Source: Spiribacter sp.
GTDB lineage: Bacteria; Pseudomonadota; Gammaproteobacteria; Nitrococcales; Nitrococcaceae
NCBI GenBank assembly: GCA_965243155.1
Contig: CBDEUE010000005.1
Location: 1,334-65,333, forward strand
Direction: 5' to 3'
DNA length: 64,000 nt
Part shown: one piece after another, positions 7,944-19,020 of the stretch
Layout: the number at the start of each line of letters is the position of its first letter
How positions within the stretch are numbered: position 1 is the first letter of the stretch
The notes under the pieces: model-generated
Told to the model about the DNA's origin: nothing
What the model saw: only the letters and a program-made list of their open reading frames with translations
The model's database searches: none
Position numbers and translations under genes: made by a program

Positions 7944-10833
7944 ATGAATATGAACGCACTCCCGGCCGAGCTTCAGACTGCGGTGAATAACGCGCTCGAG
8001 CGCTTACCAAGCGCTGCCGAGCTGGGCATTGACGAGGCGCTGACAGCGGAGCTACCGCGGCTTTTTGCCATGAGTGAGTTCGCTGCTCGTGTGGTTGCAA
8101 GAAACCCGCAGGTGCTGCCGGATCTTGCCGAAAGCGGTGATCTTGAGACGGTCTACGGCCCGGGTGCGCTGTGCGATCGACTTGACTCAAAAACTTAAGT
8201 CGGTTACCGACGAGCTCAGCCTGCATCAAGTGCTGCGACAATTTCGCAGCCGCGAGATGCTCCGCATCGCCTGGCGCGACCTCAGTGGCCGGGCTCTGTT
8301 GGATGAGACGCTTGCCGATCTTTCAACCCTTGCCGATGCGATTATCGATGAGGCCTTGTCTTGGTTATACGAGCGGCTTTGTGCCCAATGGGGCACGCCG
8401 CGCGATAGCGAGGGCAATGCTGAGCGGATGATTGTGCTGGGGATGGGCAAGCTCGGCGGCCAGGAGCTGAATTTCTCCTCTGATATCGATCTAATTTTTG
8501 CCTTTCCCGAACCGGGATTCACGGATGCTGAGCGCCCGCGCACCAACGAAGAGTTTTTCATTCGTCTGGGCCGGTCGTTGATTGCGGCACTCGATCAACA
8601 GACCGCCGATGGGCAGTGTTTCCGCGTGGATATGCGGCTTCGGCCTTATGGTGACAGCGGCCCGCTGGCCATGAGTGTGCCGGCCATGGAGCTGTATTTT
8701 TTGGAGCAGGGCCGGGAGTGGGAGCGGTATGCGCTCATAAAAGCCCGCGTGGTGGCCGGTGATAGAACCGAAGGGGAAGCACTGCTCGAGACCCTCACCC
8801 CGTTTATCTACCGCAAATACCTAGACTACGGTGCGCTTGAATCACTGCGGGACATGAAGGCAATGATCGCGCGGGAGGTCAAACGCCGGCGATTGGCCGA
8901 TAACGTGAAACTTGGCCGGGGCGGCATTCGTGAGATTGAGTTTATCGCTCAGGCGTTTCAGCTGATTCGTGGCGGGCAGGAGCCGGGTTTGCGGATGCGC
9001 AGTCTGCAGCCCGTGCTGGCGTATCTGGCCGAACATCAGCTGCTACCCGAGCACGCAAGTCTGGAGCTGACGGAGGCTTATCGCTACCTGCGGGTGATCG
9101 AAAATCGTATTCAGGCGCTGCATGACCGCCAGGCCCATGACCTGCCGACAGACCCAGTGGATCAGGCGCGGCTAACCCTTGCCATGGGTGCTGAGAGCTG
9201 GGAAGCACTTTGTGATGAGCTCAACGGCTGGCGCCGCCGGGTGCAGGGGCATTTTGATCAGGTCTTCGTGGCCCCGCAGCAGGAAGATGAAGCCGAGACC
9301 AGTGATGAGCCGGACTTTTCGGATCTCTGGCACGGGGTTTTGGATGAGGATATTGCCGATGAGGTGCTGACTGCCGCCGGTTTTGCGCAGGCCGTCTCGG
9401 CTCGCCAACTCATTGAGCGCTTTCGCGATGGTGCTCGGGTGCGGGCGCTTTCTGAACAGGGCCGTGTGCGGCTTGATCGACTGATGCCAATGCTGCTCTC
9501 GGCCGTTGCCGCATCGGATGCGCCTGATACCGGGCTGGAGCGACTGGTTACGTTGCTCGATGGCATCGTTCGGCGGACGGCCTATTTAGCGCTTTTAAAT
9601 GAACACCCCATGGCGGTCTCGCAGCTGGTGCGCCTTGTGGAAGGTAGTCCTTGGATTGCTCGATATCTCTCGTTGCATCCGATGTTGCTGGATGAGCTGC
9701 TGGACCCTCGCACGCTTTATGCACCGCTGAGTCGCTCAGCACTGGCGGCGGACATTGATGAGCGCATGCGCGCCGCTGACTTTGAGGATCTCGAGCAGCA
9801 GATGGAGATCCTAAGGCAGTTCAAACAAACGCAGGTGCTCCGGGTGGCGGCGGCTGATCTGGCTGGCGCTATCCCGGTGATGTTGGTGAGTGATTATTTG
9901 ACTGATATTGCCGAGGTGATTCTTGAGCGGGTATTAAAACTCGCTTGGCATCAGGTCAGCAGCCGCTATGGCGAACCGCTTCGGGCCGATGGGGAGGTGG
10001 CGGACTTTGGCATTGTGGCCTATGGCAAGCTGGGGTCGCTTGAGCTTGGTTACGGCTCGGATCTGGATGTGGTTTTTCTGCATGATCCGGTGCCGGCCGT
10101 CGCCGCAACCACCGGTGAGAAACCCGTTGAGCCCGCGGTGTTTTTTGCCCGTCTTGCTCAGCGCGTGATTCATATTCTGAACACCCCAACGCCGGGCGGC
10201 ATTTTGTATGAGGTGGATACGCGGTTGCGGCCGAGTGGCGCTTCGGGGCTTTTGACGACCAGCGTCGAAGCGTTTGCTGAATATCAGCATGAGCGCGCCT
10301 GGACCTGGGAGCATCAGGCGCTGGTGCGCGCCCGCATGGTGGTGGGCGGTGAGGCGCTGCGCGAGGGCTTCGCCGCCGTGCGCCGTCAGGTGCTGATGCG
10401 CGAGCGTGATCGCGAAGAACTGCGGGAAGAAGTCCGTCACATGCGCGAGCGTATGCGCAAGGAACTCACCAGCGGTAGCGCGGATGAGTTTGACTTGAAG
10501 CAGGCCCGCGGCGGTATCGCCGATATTGAATTCATGGTTCAATACGGCGTGTTGGCGGGCGCCGGGAGCTATCCCGGCTTGTTGCGCTACACGGATAATA
10601 TTCGGCTGCTGGATGAGCTCGAGCGTTCGGGCGAATACACAGCTGACCAGGCCCAAACACTGGCTGACGCGTACCGACATTATCGCGGGCTTGTGCATCG
10701 ACTGACGCTGCAGGAGCGCTCAGCCCGGGTTGATCAGTCTCAGGTGGCCGAGCAGCGAGACGCCGTGACGGGGGTCTGGAGTGCGGTGATGGAGTTGGGG
10801 GCAAACCAAAAAGGCGAGGAGAGCGGCACATGA
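7944..10833 (+). CDS. glnE: Glutamine synthetase adenylyltransferase/adenylyl-removing enzyme (split by an extra A at 8189-8193)
   Basis: Two NTase domains (GMGKLGGQELNFSSDIDLIF; AYGKLGSLELGYGSDLDVVF), RVDMRLRP and KQARGGIADIEF. The N-terminus is in ORF 7944..8198. Corrected length 963 codons. Confidence 0.95.
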
Positions 10834-11753
10834 GCATGGCCGATCGGGATGGATTGATCTGGATGGATGGTGAGTTGGTGCCCTGGCGGGATGCTCAGGT
10901 GCATGTGCTCACCCACACCCTGCATTACGGCATGGGGGTTTTTGAGGGCATTCGTGCCTACAAGACCGATAAAGGCGCCTGCATTTTCCGCCTGCCGGAA
11001 CATGTGCGCCGGCTTTTTGACTCGGCCAAGATCCTCGGTATGCAGCTGCCCTGGTCTCAGGATGAAGTCATCGAGGCCTGCCGTGCCGCGGTCCGCGAGA
11101 ACAACCTAGAGAGCGGCTATATCCGCCCAATGGCCTTTTATGGCGCCGAGAGCATGGGATTGCGCGCCGATAATCTGCAGACGCACCTGATTGTGGCTGC
11201 CTGGAGCTGGGGCTCGTACATGGGTGAGGAGAATATGGAGCGCGGCATTCGCGTGCGCACCTCTTCGTTCACCCGCCATCATGTTAATATCGCTATGTGC
11301 CGCGCAAAGGCCAATGGGCAGTACATCAACTCGATGATGGCGCTGCAGGAGGCCGTGGCCTGTGGCTATGATGAAGCGCTGCTGCTCGACCCCGAAGGCT
11401 TTGTGGCCGAGGGCTCCGGCGAGAACTTCTTTTTGATTCGTGACGGGGTAATTCACACGCCAGAGCTGCATTCAGCACTAGCCGGCGTGACCCGCGATGC
11501 CATCATGACCCTCGCTAATGAGGCCGGCTATGAGGTGCGTGAACGGCGCATTACTCGTGATGAGGTCTATGTTTGTGACGAGGCCTTCTTTACTGGCACT
11601 GCGGCTGAGGTGACGCCGATTCGCGAGCTGGATGGGCGTGTGATTGGTGAGGGCAAACGCGGGCCGATTACCACAGATATCCAGAGCCGGTTCTTTGCTC
11701 TGGTGGAAGGGCGCGCCGATGCCCATCATGAATGGCTGACCCCGGTTGCTTGA
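10830..11753 (+). CDS. ilvE: Branched-chain amino acid aminotransferase
   Basis: HTLHYGMGVFEGIRAY, EGSGENFF, LAGVTR and EAFFTGTAAEVTP. Confidence 0.96.
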   Translation: MSMADRDGLIWMDGELVPWRDAQVHVLTHTLHYGMGVFEGIRAYKTDKGACIFRLPEHVRRLFDSAKILGMQLPWSQDEVIEACRAAVRENNLESGYIRPMAFYGAESMGLRADNLQTHLIVAAWSWGSYMGEENMERGIRVRTSSFTRHHVNIAMCRAKANGQYINSMMALQEAVACGYDEALLLDPEGFVAEGSGENFFLIRDGVIHTPELHSALAGVTRDAIMTLANEAGYEVRERRITRDEVYVCDEAFFTGTAAEVTPIRELDGRVIGEGKRGPITTDIQSRFFALVEGRADAHHEWLTPVA

Positions 11754-11764
11754 AGGAGATCATC

Positions 11765-12019
11765 GTGCCGGATCCGCAAACGCATGACAGTCCTGATCTA
11801 ATTAAACCGAATGCCGAGAACCGCTACGAAGTAACGGCAGACGATCTGCCGCTTTCCTGCCCGATGCCCGGCATGTACCTCTGGAACAGCCACCCCAAGG
11901 TCTACATCCCCGTCCACAAAACCGGTGAGGGCAAATGCCCCTACTGCGGTGCTGAGTATTTCATCCACAACTTCGACCCCAATGACCCGGCCCTCGCCGA
12001 GCACCACCGCCGCGAATAG
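11765..12019 (+). CDS. Zinc-finger (zf-CHCC) domain protein
   Basis: LPLSCP...WNSHPKVY...CPYCG; GTG start after AAGGAG. Confidence 0.88.
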   Translation: MPDPQTHDSPDLIKPNAENRYEVTADDLPLSCPMPGMYLWNSHPKVYIPVHKTGEGKCPYCGAEYFIHNFDPNDPALAEHHRRE

Positions 12020-12942
12020 CAGCGGCAATATCGGCGCCGAGGCGCCGCTAAGGGGTCGGGCCTGGTGGATTAACGCGCTGCTGCGCGTTTTTTCTTTCTT
12101 GCCGCTGTCTGCACTGCATCGTATTGGGCAATTCTTGGCCTGGGTCAGTACTCGTCTAAAGCGAGAGGAATGGCATGTTGCCCGGGTGAACGCGGATCTG
12201 TGTTTCCCGGAATGGCCGGCCGAGCGCCGCGAATGGCTAGCGCGTGAAGCACTTCGTGAGAACGCGAAGGGACTGGTTGAGTTGGCCGCCCTATGGCAAT
12301 GGCCTGTGTCGAAGGTGCTGCGGTTGATCAAATCGGTTGATGGCACCGAGGTGATTGACGAGGCACTCGCTGAAGGTAAGGGTCTGCTGGTCATCGCCCC
12401 CGCATCATGGTGCTTGGGAAGTGTTGCAAATGTGGCTGGCGCAGCGCGTGTCACTGCATGCTCTGTATCGACCGCCCCCGGTGGAAAGAGCTGGAAGCAC
12501 TGCTCAATCGTGGCCGTTCCCGAAGTGGTGCAACATTTTGGCCCGCCAAGCCCTCGGGTATTCGGGCACTATTCAAAGCCCTGCAGGCCGGTGAGGCCGT
12601 CGGCGTGCTCCCCGATCAGTCTCCACCCGGCGAAGGTGTGTTTGTGCCGTTTTTTTGGCCATCCGGCGAAGACGATGACCCCTGTTTGGTAAGCTGGCTG
12701 CCAGAACTGACGCGCCGGTGGTTATCGGCTGGGCAGAGCGGCTACCTGAAGGCAGCGGTTACACTGTGCACTGGCATCGGGTAACCGAGTCAGTGGATGA
12801 TAAAGACCCGGAAGCGGCTGCAGCAGCTTTGAATCGTGAAATCGAGCAAGTTGTATTGCAGCGCCCCGAGCAGTATCAATGGACCTACCGGCGGTTTTCG
12901 CGCAGGGAGAAAGGAAAAAAGAATCCGTATGATCGCTCCTAA
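11982..12942 (+). CDS. LpxL-family lipid A/lysophospholipid acyltransferase (4 apparent +1 homopolymer indels)
   Basis: Fragments join to APHHGAWE...LYRPP...VGVLPDQ...PFFG.PAKTMT...RPEQYQWTYRRF. Extra bases at about 12397-401, 12475-79, 12650-56 and 12679-82. Corrected length 319 codons. Confidence 0.82.
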
Positions 12943-12960
12943 CTAAAAAAAGGTTGCAGG

Positions 12961-13636
12961 ATGCCAAAATTAAAAGAATATATAAAATCATTAAATTTTC
13001 TTGTAAAGGGCGAGCGACTTTATGCGACTCGAGATGTTGAGCGATATGTCAACGCCCTATTTGTCCCCTATCACGAAGCCAATAGGCGAGATATTAATAT
13101 TCATAATCCCGAGTATTATACAAGTCTCCATTTCTCCGACGAGGGCTATAGAAATAATAATTGGCTAGTCGAGGATATTTCTGAATTGTTATCCGCCACT
13201 TCAGGGACGGTTTTGGAAATTGGCGCTGGGAATCTTGCCTGTTCTAAGTTATTGGCAAGGAACGTAAAAAAAGTTTATGCGGTTGATTGGGCGGATATCA
13301 CGCCAGAGCCTCCAATGCCAGAAAATTTATTTTTTCGCCGGGCTGATGTAATTAATGATGATCTGCCTAACGCTGACCTCTCGTGCAGCGCTGATTTCTT
13401 TGAGCATCTTCCTGTCGAAACGATCGATCACGTTATAGAAAAAGTTACTAGGGCCGCCAAGCTAGGATGGCATAAAATTGCTTGTTATGATGACGGGCAT
13501 TCTCATTTAACAGTTATGAGTCCTCTTCAGTGGTTGGAGAAATTCAAAAAAATTTGAGGAAAATTATGCGATATATTCGGTAAGTTTTCGCCGAAATCGA
13601 ATCGACTGCCCGGTTGTGACCTTGTCAAACTTCTAA
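12961..13636 (+). CDS. Class I SAM-dependent methyltransferase (AT-rich; extra A near 13546-13552)
   Basis: VLEIGAGN, YAVDWA and SADFFEHL. Removing one A extends the C-terminus FKKFEENYAI...TLSNF* to 13636. Confidence 0.75.
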
Positions 13637-14808
13637 AAATCAGGGTCTTCAATTACGCCCCTGATTTTGTTTTTGATGTTCTTTTGAGCTTGGATTGCAT
13701 CAATGCAGTCTATAAGGTAGACTTTTCTGTAATAATAAAGAAACTTCTTTATGTTTTCTTCGCGTGTTGGAAGGGTAGGGGGCGCTGCTTTCTCTTTCAA
13801 GTCCTCCCTGTTTTTAATTTTATGCGTCACCATTTCATAGTCACAATCCCCAAACGTGTAAACAGGCTTCATGAAAGTAAGCGCTTCCGAGCCTACGCCG
13901 GAATTAACAGTAAATACCGCAGAGCTACTTTCAATTAGCCTATGGATCGAGTCATCGCTTAATATTATGCTATTGTCTTTGCATAAAGATTTTAATGCTT
14001 TTTCTACTCTTTCGTTGGTGCAAAGAGGATGACGTTTCACTACCACGGAGTAGTCTGTTCGATAGAAGTGGTCTCTTACCATTTTCAGCATTTCGAGCAT
14101 TTCTATATTCGCATGCTCCTGGGTGCTGTCGTCGGGAATTTGTAGTGCAACGAAAACATATTTATTCGGAAGTTGTTTTTTTTCTTCTATTTTTTGTGCA
14201 TATTTTGATATGCCGCTCAATTTTATTTTCTCGAGTGATTGCCTATGCCAAATTTCCGCTTTTTTTGCATCTATTTTAGATATTTCTGAGAAATCTATTT
14301 TTCGTAAGCTGCTCCAGCCAGAATAACCCAATCTATCTAGGATTACGTAGTCTGGTAAGTCTGCCACCTTGTAATGCAATGTTTTATCTGCTGCGCCATG
14401 TGTATGGTAGCTGATAGATAACGTTGGGACTGAGTGCTTTGTTTTTTCATTATCATTGCAGATTTTGATAGAATAATTAGTATTTGAAAATACGTCAATC
14501 AATATCTTGAGAAATTTCAATAAAGTTCTCTGTTCGTTTATTCGACTTTTTCTGTTTTGGGGGCCAAAAAATGAATAAGGAAAGATTATTTTTACAGCCT
14601 TTTCTTCTTTTTCTTGCTTTTCGCTCTTTTTAACTAGTTGTATTTTTCGCGATTTTAATAAAGCTTGAGTGGTTCTGATTTCAAATTTATTCGAAACATA
14701 TTCGTGCGTAGGGAAGGTTATCTTTTCCGCCATGTAAATGTAGCCAAGCCGCGCAAGGATTCTTGCAGGCTTGTTTAGTAACTTGTTTGCGATTCCTGTT
14801 TTTCCCAT
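13633..14808 (-). CDS. KpsS/KpsC-like capsule-synthesis (GT107, beta-Kdo transferase-like) protein, AT-rich
   Basis: FVALQIPDDS, VVKRHP and VFTVNSGVGSEAL..KPV..FG...Y motifs. Start MGKTG after GAGGG. Confidence 0.75.
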   Translation of the reverse strand: MGKTGIANKLLNKPARILARLGYIYMAEKITFPTHEYVSNKFEIRTTQALLKSRKIQLVKKSEKQEKEEKAVKIIFPYSFFGPQNRKSRINEQRTLLKFLKILIDVFSNTNYSIKICNDNEKTKHSVPTLSISYHTHGAADKTLHYKVADLPDYVILDRLGYSGWSSLRKIDFSEISKIDAKKAEIWHRQSLEKIKLSGISKYAQKIEEKKQLPNKYVFVALQIPDDSTQEHANIEMLEMLKMVRDHFYRTDYSVVVKRHPLCTNERVEKALKSLCKDNSIILSDDSIHRLIESSSAVFTVNSGVGSEALTFMKPVYTFGDCDYEMVTHKIKNREDLKEKAAPPTLPTREENIKKFLYYYRKVYLIDCIDAIQAQKNIKNKIRGVIEDPDF

Positions 14809-14941
14809 TTCTACCCTCTTGAAAGTTATTGTATCTGTTAGTTTTTTGGGGGCGCTGCTATAGTTTCTGAGGGATGCGGTTGTTTCCAATTGTGTTCGCC
14901 GTATACTCACAAGGCAAGAGAGAAGGTAAAGGTGTTCATTT

Positions 14942-15880
14942 GTGATCATTGTAACCGGGGGAGCCGGCTTTATTGGCAGTAATCTCGTTCACGGCCTCAA
15001 CGATAGGGGACGTGTAGATATCGTTGTCGTCGATAACCTGACGGACGGGAGGAAGTTCCGCAATATTAGCGACGCCAGCATCGCTGATTATCTCGATCAA
15101 GATGAGTTTCTAGACTGGTTGGTCGAGAACGGGTCGGATGGTGTGGACGCAGTTTTTCATCTTGGCGCCTGCTCGGATACCACCGAGTGGGATGGGCGTT
15201 ACATGATGGATAACAACTACGAGTACTCGAAAGAAGTACTTAACATCTGCTTGGCATACCGTGTTCCGCTGATCTATGCCTCTTCCGCGGCGGTTTATGG
15301 CGGTGGCACAGACTTCCGTGAACGAATCGGCGAAGAGCGCCCGCTGAACGTCTATGGATATTCAAAGGGGCTTTTTGATCAATACGTTGCTCGTACGCTG
15401 CCTGAAGCCGAGTCTCAAGTTGTTGGGCTCAGGTATTTCAATGTTTACGGGCCGCGTGAGCAGCATAAAGGCAGCATGGCTAGCGTTGCCTACCATCATT
15501 ATCAACAGTTGTTATCCGACGGCGTGGTTAAGCTGTTTGAGGGCTGTGATGGCTACGGAGACGGTGAACAAGTCCGGGACTTTGTTTATGTCGGCGATAC
15601 GGTCAAGGTGAAACTATGGCTGCTGGATAATCCCAGCGTGAGCGGCGTTTTCAACTGTGGCACTGGTCGGGCCGAGCCGTTTAACGAGATCGCCAATGGC
15701 GTTATCAACTACTTCGATCGCGGCGAGGTGAAGTACATCCCATTTCCGGAGCATCTGGTGGGGAGCTATCAGAGCTACACGCAGGCGGATACGTCGAAGT
15801 TGCGGGAAGCGGGTTATGAAGCGCCGTTTCTGAGTGTGGCTGAAGGGGTTCGTGCCTACATGGAATGGCTGGCCAACTGA
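14942..15880 (+). CDS. hldD: ADP-L-glycero-D-manno-heptose 6-epimerase
   Basis: [37 protein letters not shown] and [18 protein letters not shown]. Confidence 0.96.
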   Translation: MIIVTGGAGFIGSNLVHGLNDRGRVDIVVVDNLTDGRKFRNISDASIADYLDQDEFLDWLVENGSDGVDAVFHLGACSDTTEWDGRYMMDNNYEYSKEVLNICLAYRVPLIYASSAAVYGGGTDFRERIGEERPLNVYGYSKGLFDQYVARTLPEAESQVVGLRYFNVYGPREQHKGSMASVAYHHYQQLLSDGVVKLFEGCDGYGDGEQVRDFVYVGDTVKVKLWLLDNPSVSGVFNCGTGRAEPFNEIANGVINYFDRGEVKYIPFPEHLVGSYQSYTQADTSKLREAGYEAPFLSVAEGVRAYMEWLAN

Positions 15881-16857
15881 ATACTTCGCTGAATCATACT
15901 ATTAGTCCCTTGCGGGTTCTCCATGTCACCGACAAGCAGATCCCGCCGTCTGCGGATGACGGCGGTTCGCCACAGTTTGTTGCGTATCTCGCAGCAGCTC
16001 AGCATGGAAAGGGGCATGAGCCTTTTGTGGCATCAACTTCGACTATTTCTGGTCCGCGAACACTGTCCTTGAATGCTGATACCGATCTCACTGCACAGAT
16101 AATTGCTTCTTGCAGAAATAATGCTGTCGATGTGGTGCATTTCCACGCATACGCTGAAGTTTTGCAACCGGCTTTGACTGAAGCGGGTATAGCATCGGTA
16201 TCGCATGTCCATGGCGATTCCAAGGGCGCTGCCGCCAATTGTTGCAACTGTATCTATGTGTCGAAAAGCCATGCGCAACGCAGTGGGGGCGCAGTATATG
16301 TCCATAATGGTATCGATTTGGCTGAGCAGCCATTTGAGGCAGTCCCCGAGGATTATTTGGTTTTCCTTGGCAAGGTGCGCCGCTCTAAAAAAGGTGCAGA
16401 TATAGCAGTTTCTGTTGCCAAGGCGGTGAATCAGCACCTGTGCCTGATTGGCGGAAGAAAATTCTCGATACCAGAGACCTGGCTACCCATAGACCGAAGA
16501 ATCTCTGCACTGGGTGTGCTCTCAGGCGACGATAAAAAATCCACACTGAGTAAAGCGCGGGCCCTGCTCTTCCCGATTCGGTGGGAAGAGCCTTTTGGTC
16601 TTGTGCTGATTGAGGCGATGGCCTGCGGGGTGCCTGTCATCGCGTTCAATCGGGGCGCGGCGCCGGAGATCATCAGGGACGGCGTAACGGGCTTTGTTGT
16701 CGATAGCTTTGAAGAGATGTGTGCAGCGGTTGAGAGAATTTGTGAACTTGATCGTGCCGCGTGTCGCGAACACGTCGCCAATAACTTCACCATCGAGCGC
16801 ACAGCGGCGGGAATTGAGGAATGCTATCGTCGCGCTATGGCTGGTGAGGTCTGGTAA
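15865..16857 (+). CDS. GT4 glycosyltransferase
   Basis: [23 protein letters not shown] motif. Confidence 0.9.
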   Translation: MAGQLNTSLNHTISPLRVLHVTDKQIPPSADDGGSPQFVAYLAAAQHGKGHEPFVASTSTISGPRTLSLNADTDLTAQIIASCRNNAVDVVHFHAYAEVLQPALTEAGIASVSHVHGDSKGAAANCCNCIYVSKSHAQRSGGAVYVHNGIDLAEQPFEAVPEDYLVFLGKVRRSKKGADIAVSVAKAVNQHLCLIGGRKFSIPETWLPIDRRISALGVLSGDDKKSTLSKARALLFPIRWEEPFGLVLIEAMACGVPVIAFNRGAAPEIIRDGVTGFVVDSFEEMCAAVERICELDRAACREHVANNFTIERTAAGIEECYRRAMAGEVW

Positions 16858-17882
16858 TGGCGATCCATCGTTTGCTGATTACTCGCACGGATAAGCTCGG
16901 TGACTTCATGCTGACTTGGCCAGCGCTGGCTGATGCGAGAGCCGCGCTGCCTGATGCACAGATTGATGTTTTAGTGGCGCCGGCCGTTGAAGCCGTCGCG
17001 CGAGCCTGCCCCTTTATTGATGATGTGATTGTTGATGCTGGCGGATCGCTGCTGCGGCTGCGGACTAAGCTGCGCGAGCGCAGCTACGATTCGGCAGTCG
17101 CTCTGTTTAGTACGGCTCGAGTGGCGCAGGCGTTGTGGGGCGCGGGCATTCCATATCGTCTTGCCCCGGCTACTAAATTGCATCAGCTGTTTTTTAATCA
17201 ACGTTTGAAGCAGCGGCGGTCCCGATCGACTAAGCCGGAGTATGAATACAACCGAGATCTCATCAGGCAGTTGCTAGTCGATCATACTGTAGCGGAGCCG
17301 GAGGAGCGGCCTAGTCCACCATTCTGGCGGTTAGATCCAGGCGATCTCAATAAAACAGCGGACAATCTGCGTGCCACGTATGGCATCCCTAATGACGCCC
17401 AATTGATCATCATCCACCCGGGCAGTGGTGGGTCGGCGCGCAATCTCAGCATTGAACAATATGCGCTCCTTGCGAATCAGCTTAGAAGTAAACGGCCCCT
17501 GTTTATTTTGGTGACCGCAGGGCCTGGCGAAGCCCATTTAGCGCATGTGCTAAAAGCAGCGATTACCCAGCATTCTGCTGCCGTCTATGAGTCTAAAGAA
17601 GGGCTTGTCGCATTTGCCCACGTACTTGCTCAGGCAGCACTTTATGTGAGTGGCTCGACTGGGCCGTTGCACATGGCAGGTGCATTAGACGTGCCGACAC
17701 TGGCCTTTTATCCGCGCCGTCGATCATCGACGTCTCTGCGCTGGCAGACGACTAATGAAGCCGATCGTCGTCTCGCATTCAGTCCCCCGGATACGGCTGA
17801 CGAGCTTGATATGCAGTCGATCGATGTCTCTCAAGCCGCAGCAATCGCCAGCCAACATTTTTTAGACGCCCACCGTGACTGA
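16857..17882 (+). CDS. GT9 (heptosyltransferase-like) glycosyltransferase
   Basis: RTDKLGDFML, HPGSGGS and STGPLHMAGAL. Confidence 0.9.
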   Translation: MAIHRLLITRTDKLGDFMLTWPALADARAALPDAQIDVLVAPAVEAVARACPFIDDVIVDAGGSLLRLRTKLRERSYDSAVALFSTARVAQALWGAGIPYRLAPATKLHQLFFNQRLKQRRSRSTKPEYEYNRDLIRQLLVDHTVAEPEERPSPPFWRLDPGDLNKTADNLRATYGIPNDAQLIIIHPGSGGSARNLSIEQYALLANQLRSKRPLFILVTAGPGEAHLAHVLKAAITQHSAAVYESKEGLVAFAHVLAQAALYVSGSTGPLHMAGALDVPTLAFYPRRRSSTSLRWQTTNEADRRLAFSPPDTADELDMQSIDVSQAAAIASQHFLDAHRD

Positions 17883-19020
17883 GCAAGTACCGCCAAAAAA
17901 GGTTATGCATATTTGCCTATCCGAGAGCTGGGGCGGCCTTGAGATGTACCCCGGGCGGGTGCCGCCGGAATTTCAGCGGCAAGGTTGGGAAGTGCATGGC
18001 TTAGCCCTGGCAGGTTCCCGCGTAGCAAAAAGCTTTCAAGAGGCGGGGGTTGACCCGCTTGTTTTCCGCTCTCGCACCGCTGCGCTAGTTAACGTCTTGT
18101 CGGTGCTGCGCTATTTGAAAGAGCACAACATTCAAGTGTTACATGCTCACAAATCAAGTGACATGCGCCTAGGCGCTCTTTTAGCGACTTTATGGCCTGC
18201 GCTGCGTTTGTTCTTTACCGATCACATGGGCGTGAAAAAGCCCAAAAAAGACCTCTATCATCGGTGGGCCTACTCAAAGCTAACGCGTCTTTTCTCGATT
18301 AGTCAGGCAACCTATCGGCGCAATTTGACAGCCTTCCCTCTGGCAAGTGAGCGTATTGCCCAGCTCTACTATGGGATCGATCTTTCCGCGTACGTTGATC
18401 CCCTGACGGATGCTCAAAGGGCTGAGGTCAGACAGTCTTTGAATATCCCAGCCAATACCATTGCCATTGCGCTGCCCGGGCGTATCAGCCGGGCGAAGGG
18501 TCATGAGGTCTGGGTCGAAGCGCTGGCGGCCCTCCAGTCTAAAAATTTGGATGTGAAATGGTGCGGTGTGGTAATCGGTGAAGCCGGTGGGCGCGAAGCC
18601 GGTCCGGGAGAGTTTGCTGATCAACTTAAGGCAAAAATCAATGAATTGGGCTTAACCGACAAGATCATTTTTTCGGGTTTTCGTCGTGACCTTCCCGCAT
18701 GCCTCAAAGCGGTGGATGTGGTTTGCATACCCTCTGCGAATGAAGCGTTCGGGCTTTCTGTGATTGAGGCAATGGCCGCTGGTTGTCCGGTTATCGGCTC
18801 CGATGCTGGCGCTATCCCTGAGTTGGTTAGCGCCGACCGAGGGCGCAGGGCAGATGCTTATGATTCGGACGCTTGGGCCAATGCTATGGATGAGCTTTTA
18901 GTCAATCACGGCTTGAGAAGTGCCCTTGGCAAAAGCGCAGCCAACTGGGTTCATGCGCATTTTGGGCTGGATAAACATGTTCAGCGGTTGATTGCTTATT
19001 ATCAGGAGAGTGAGCGGTAG
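17875..19020 (+). CDS. GT4 glycosyltransferase
   Basis: WGGLE, PGRISRAKG and EAFGLSVIEAMAAG. Confidence 0.9.
   Translation: MTEQVPPKKVMHICLSESWGGLEMYPGRVPPEFQRQGWEVHGLALAGSRVAKSFQEAGVDPLVFRSRTAALVNVLSVLRYLKEHNIQVLHAHKSSDMRLGALLATLWPALRLFFTDHMGVKKPKKDLYHRWAYSKLTRLFSISQATYRRNLTAFPLASERIAQLYYGIDLSAYVDPLTDAQRAEVRQSLNIPANTIAIALPGRISRAKGHEVWVEALAALQSKNLDVKWCGVVIGEAGGREAGPGEFADQLKAKINELGLTDKIIFSGFRRDLPACLKAVDVVCIPSANEAFGLSVIEAMAAGCPVIGSDAGAIPELVSADRGRRADAYDSDAWANAMDELLVNHGLRSALGKSAANWVHAHFGLDKHVQRLIAYYQESER

Noticed and set aside
9934-10698. Long antisense ORFs (for example this 254-aa ORF, 34540..35181 and 51288..51887)
   Set aside because: Shadow ORFs opposite well-conserved genes, as expected from GC-rich codon bias.
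11982-12942. Phase variation of lipid A acylation by slipped-strand tracts
   Set aside because: The runs are only 4-7 nt, four shifts would need to revert together, and the same indel type affects glnE and cydAB.
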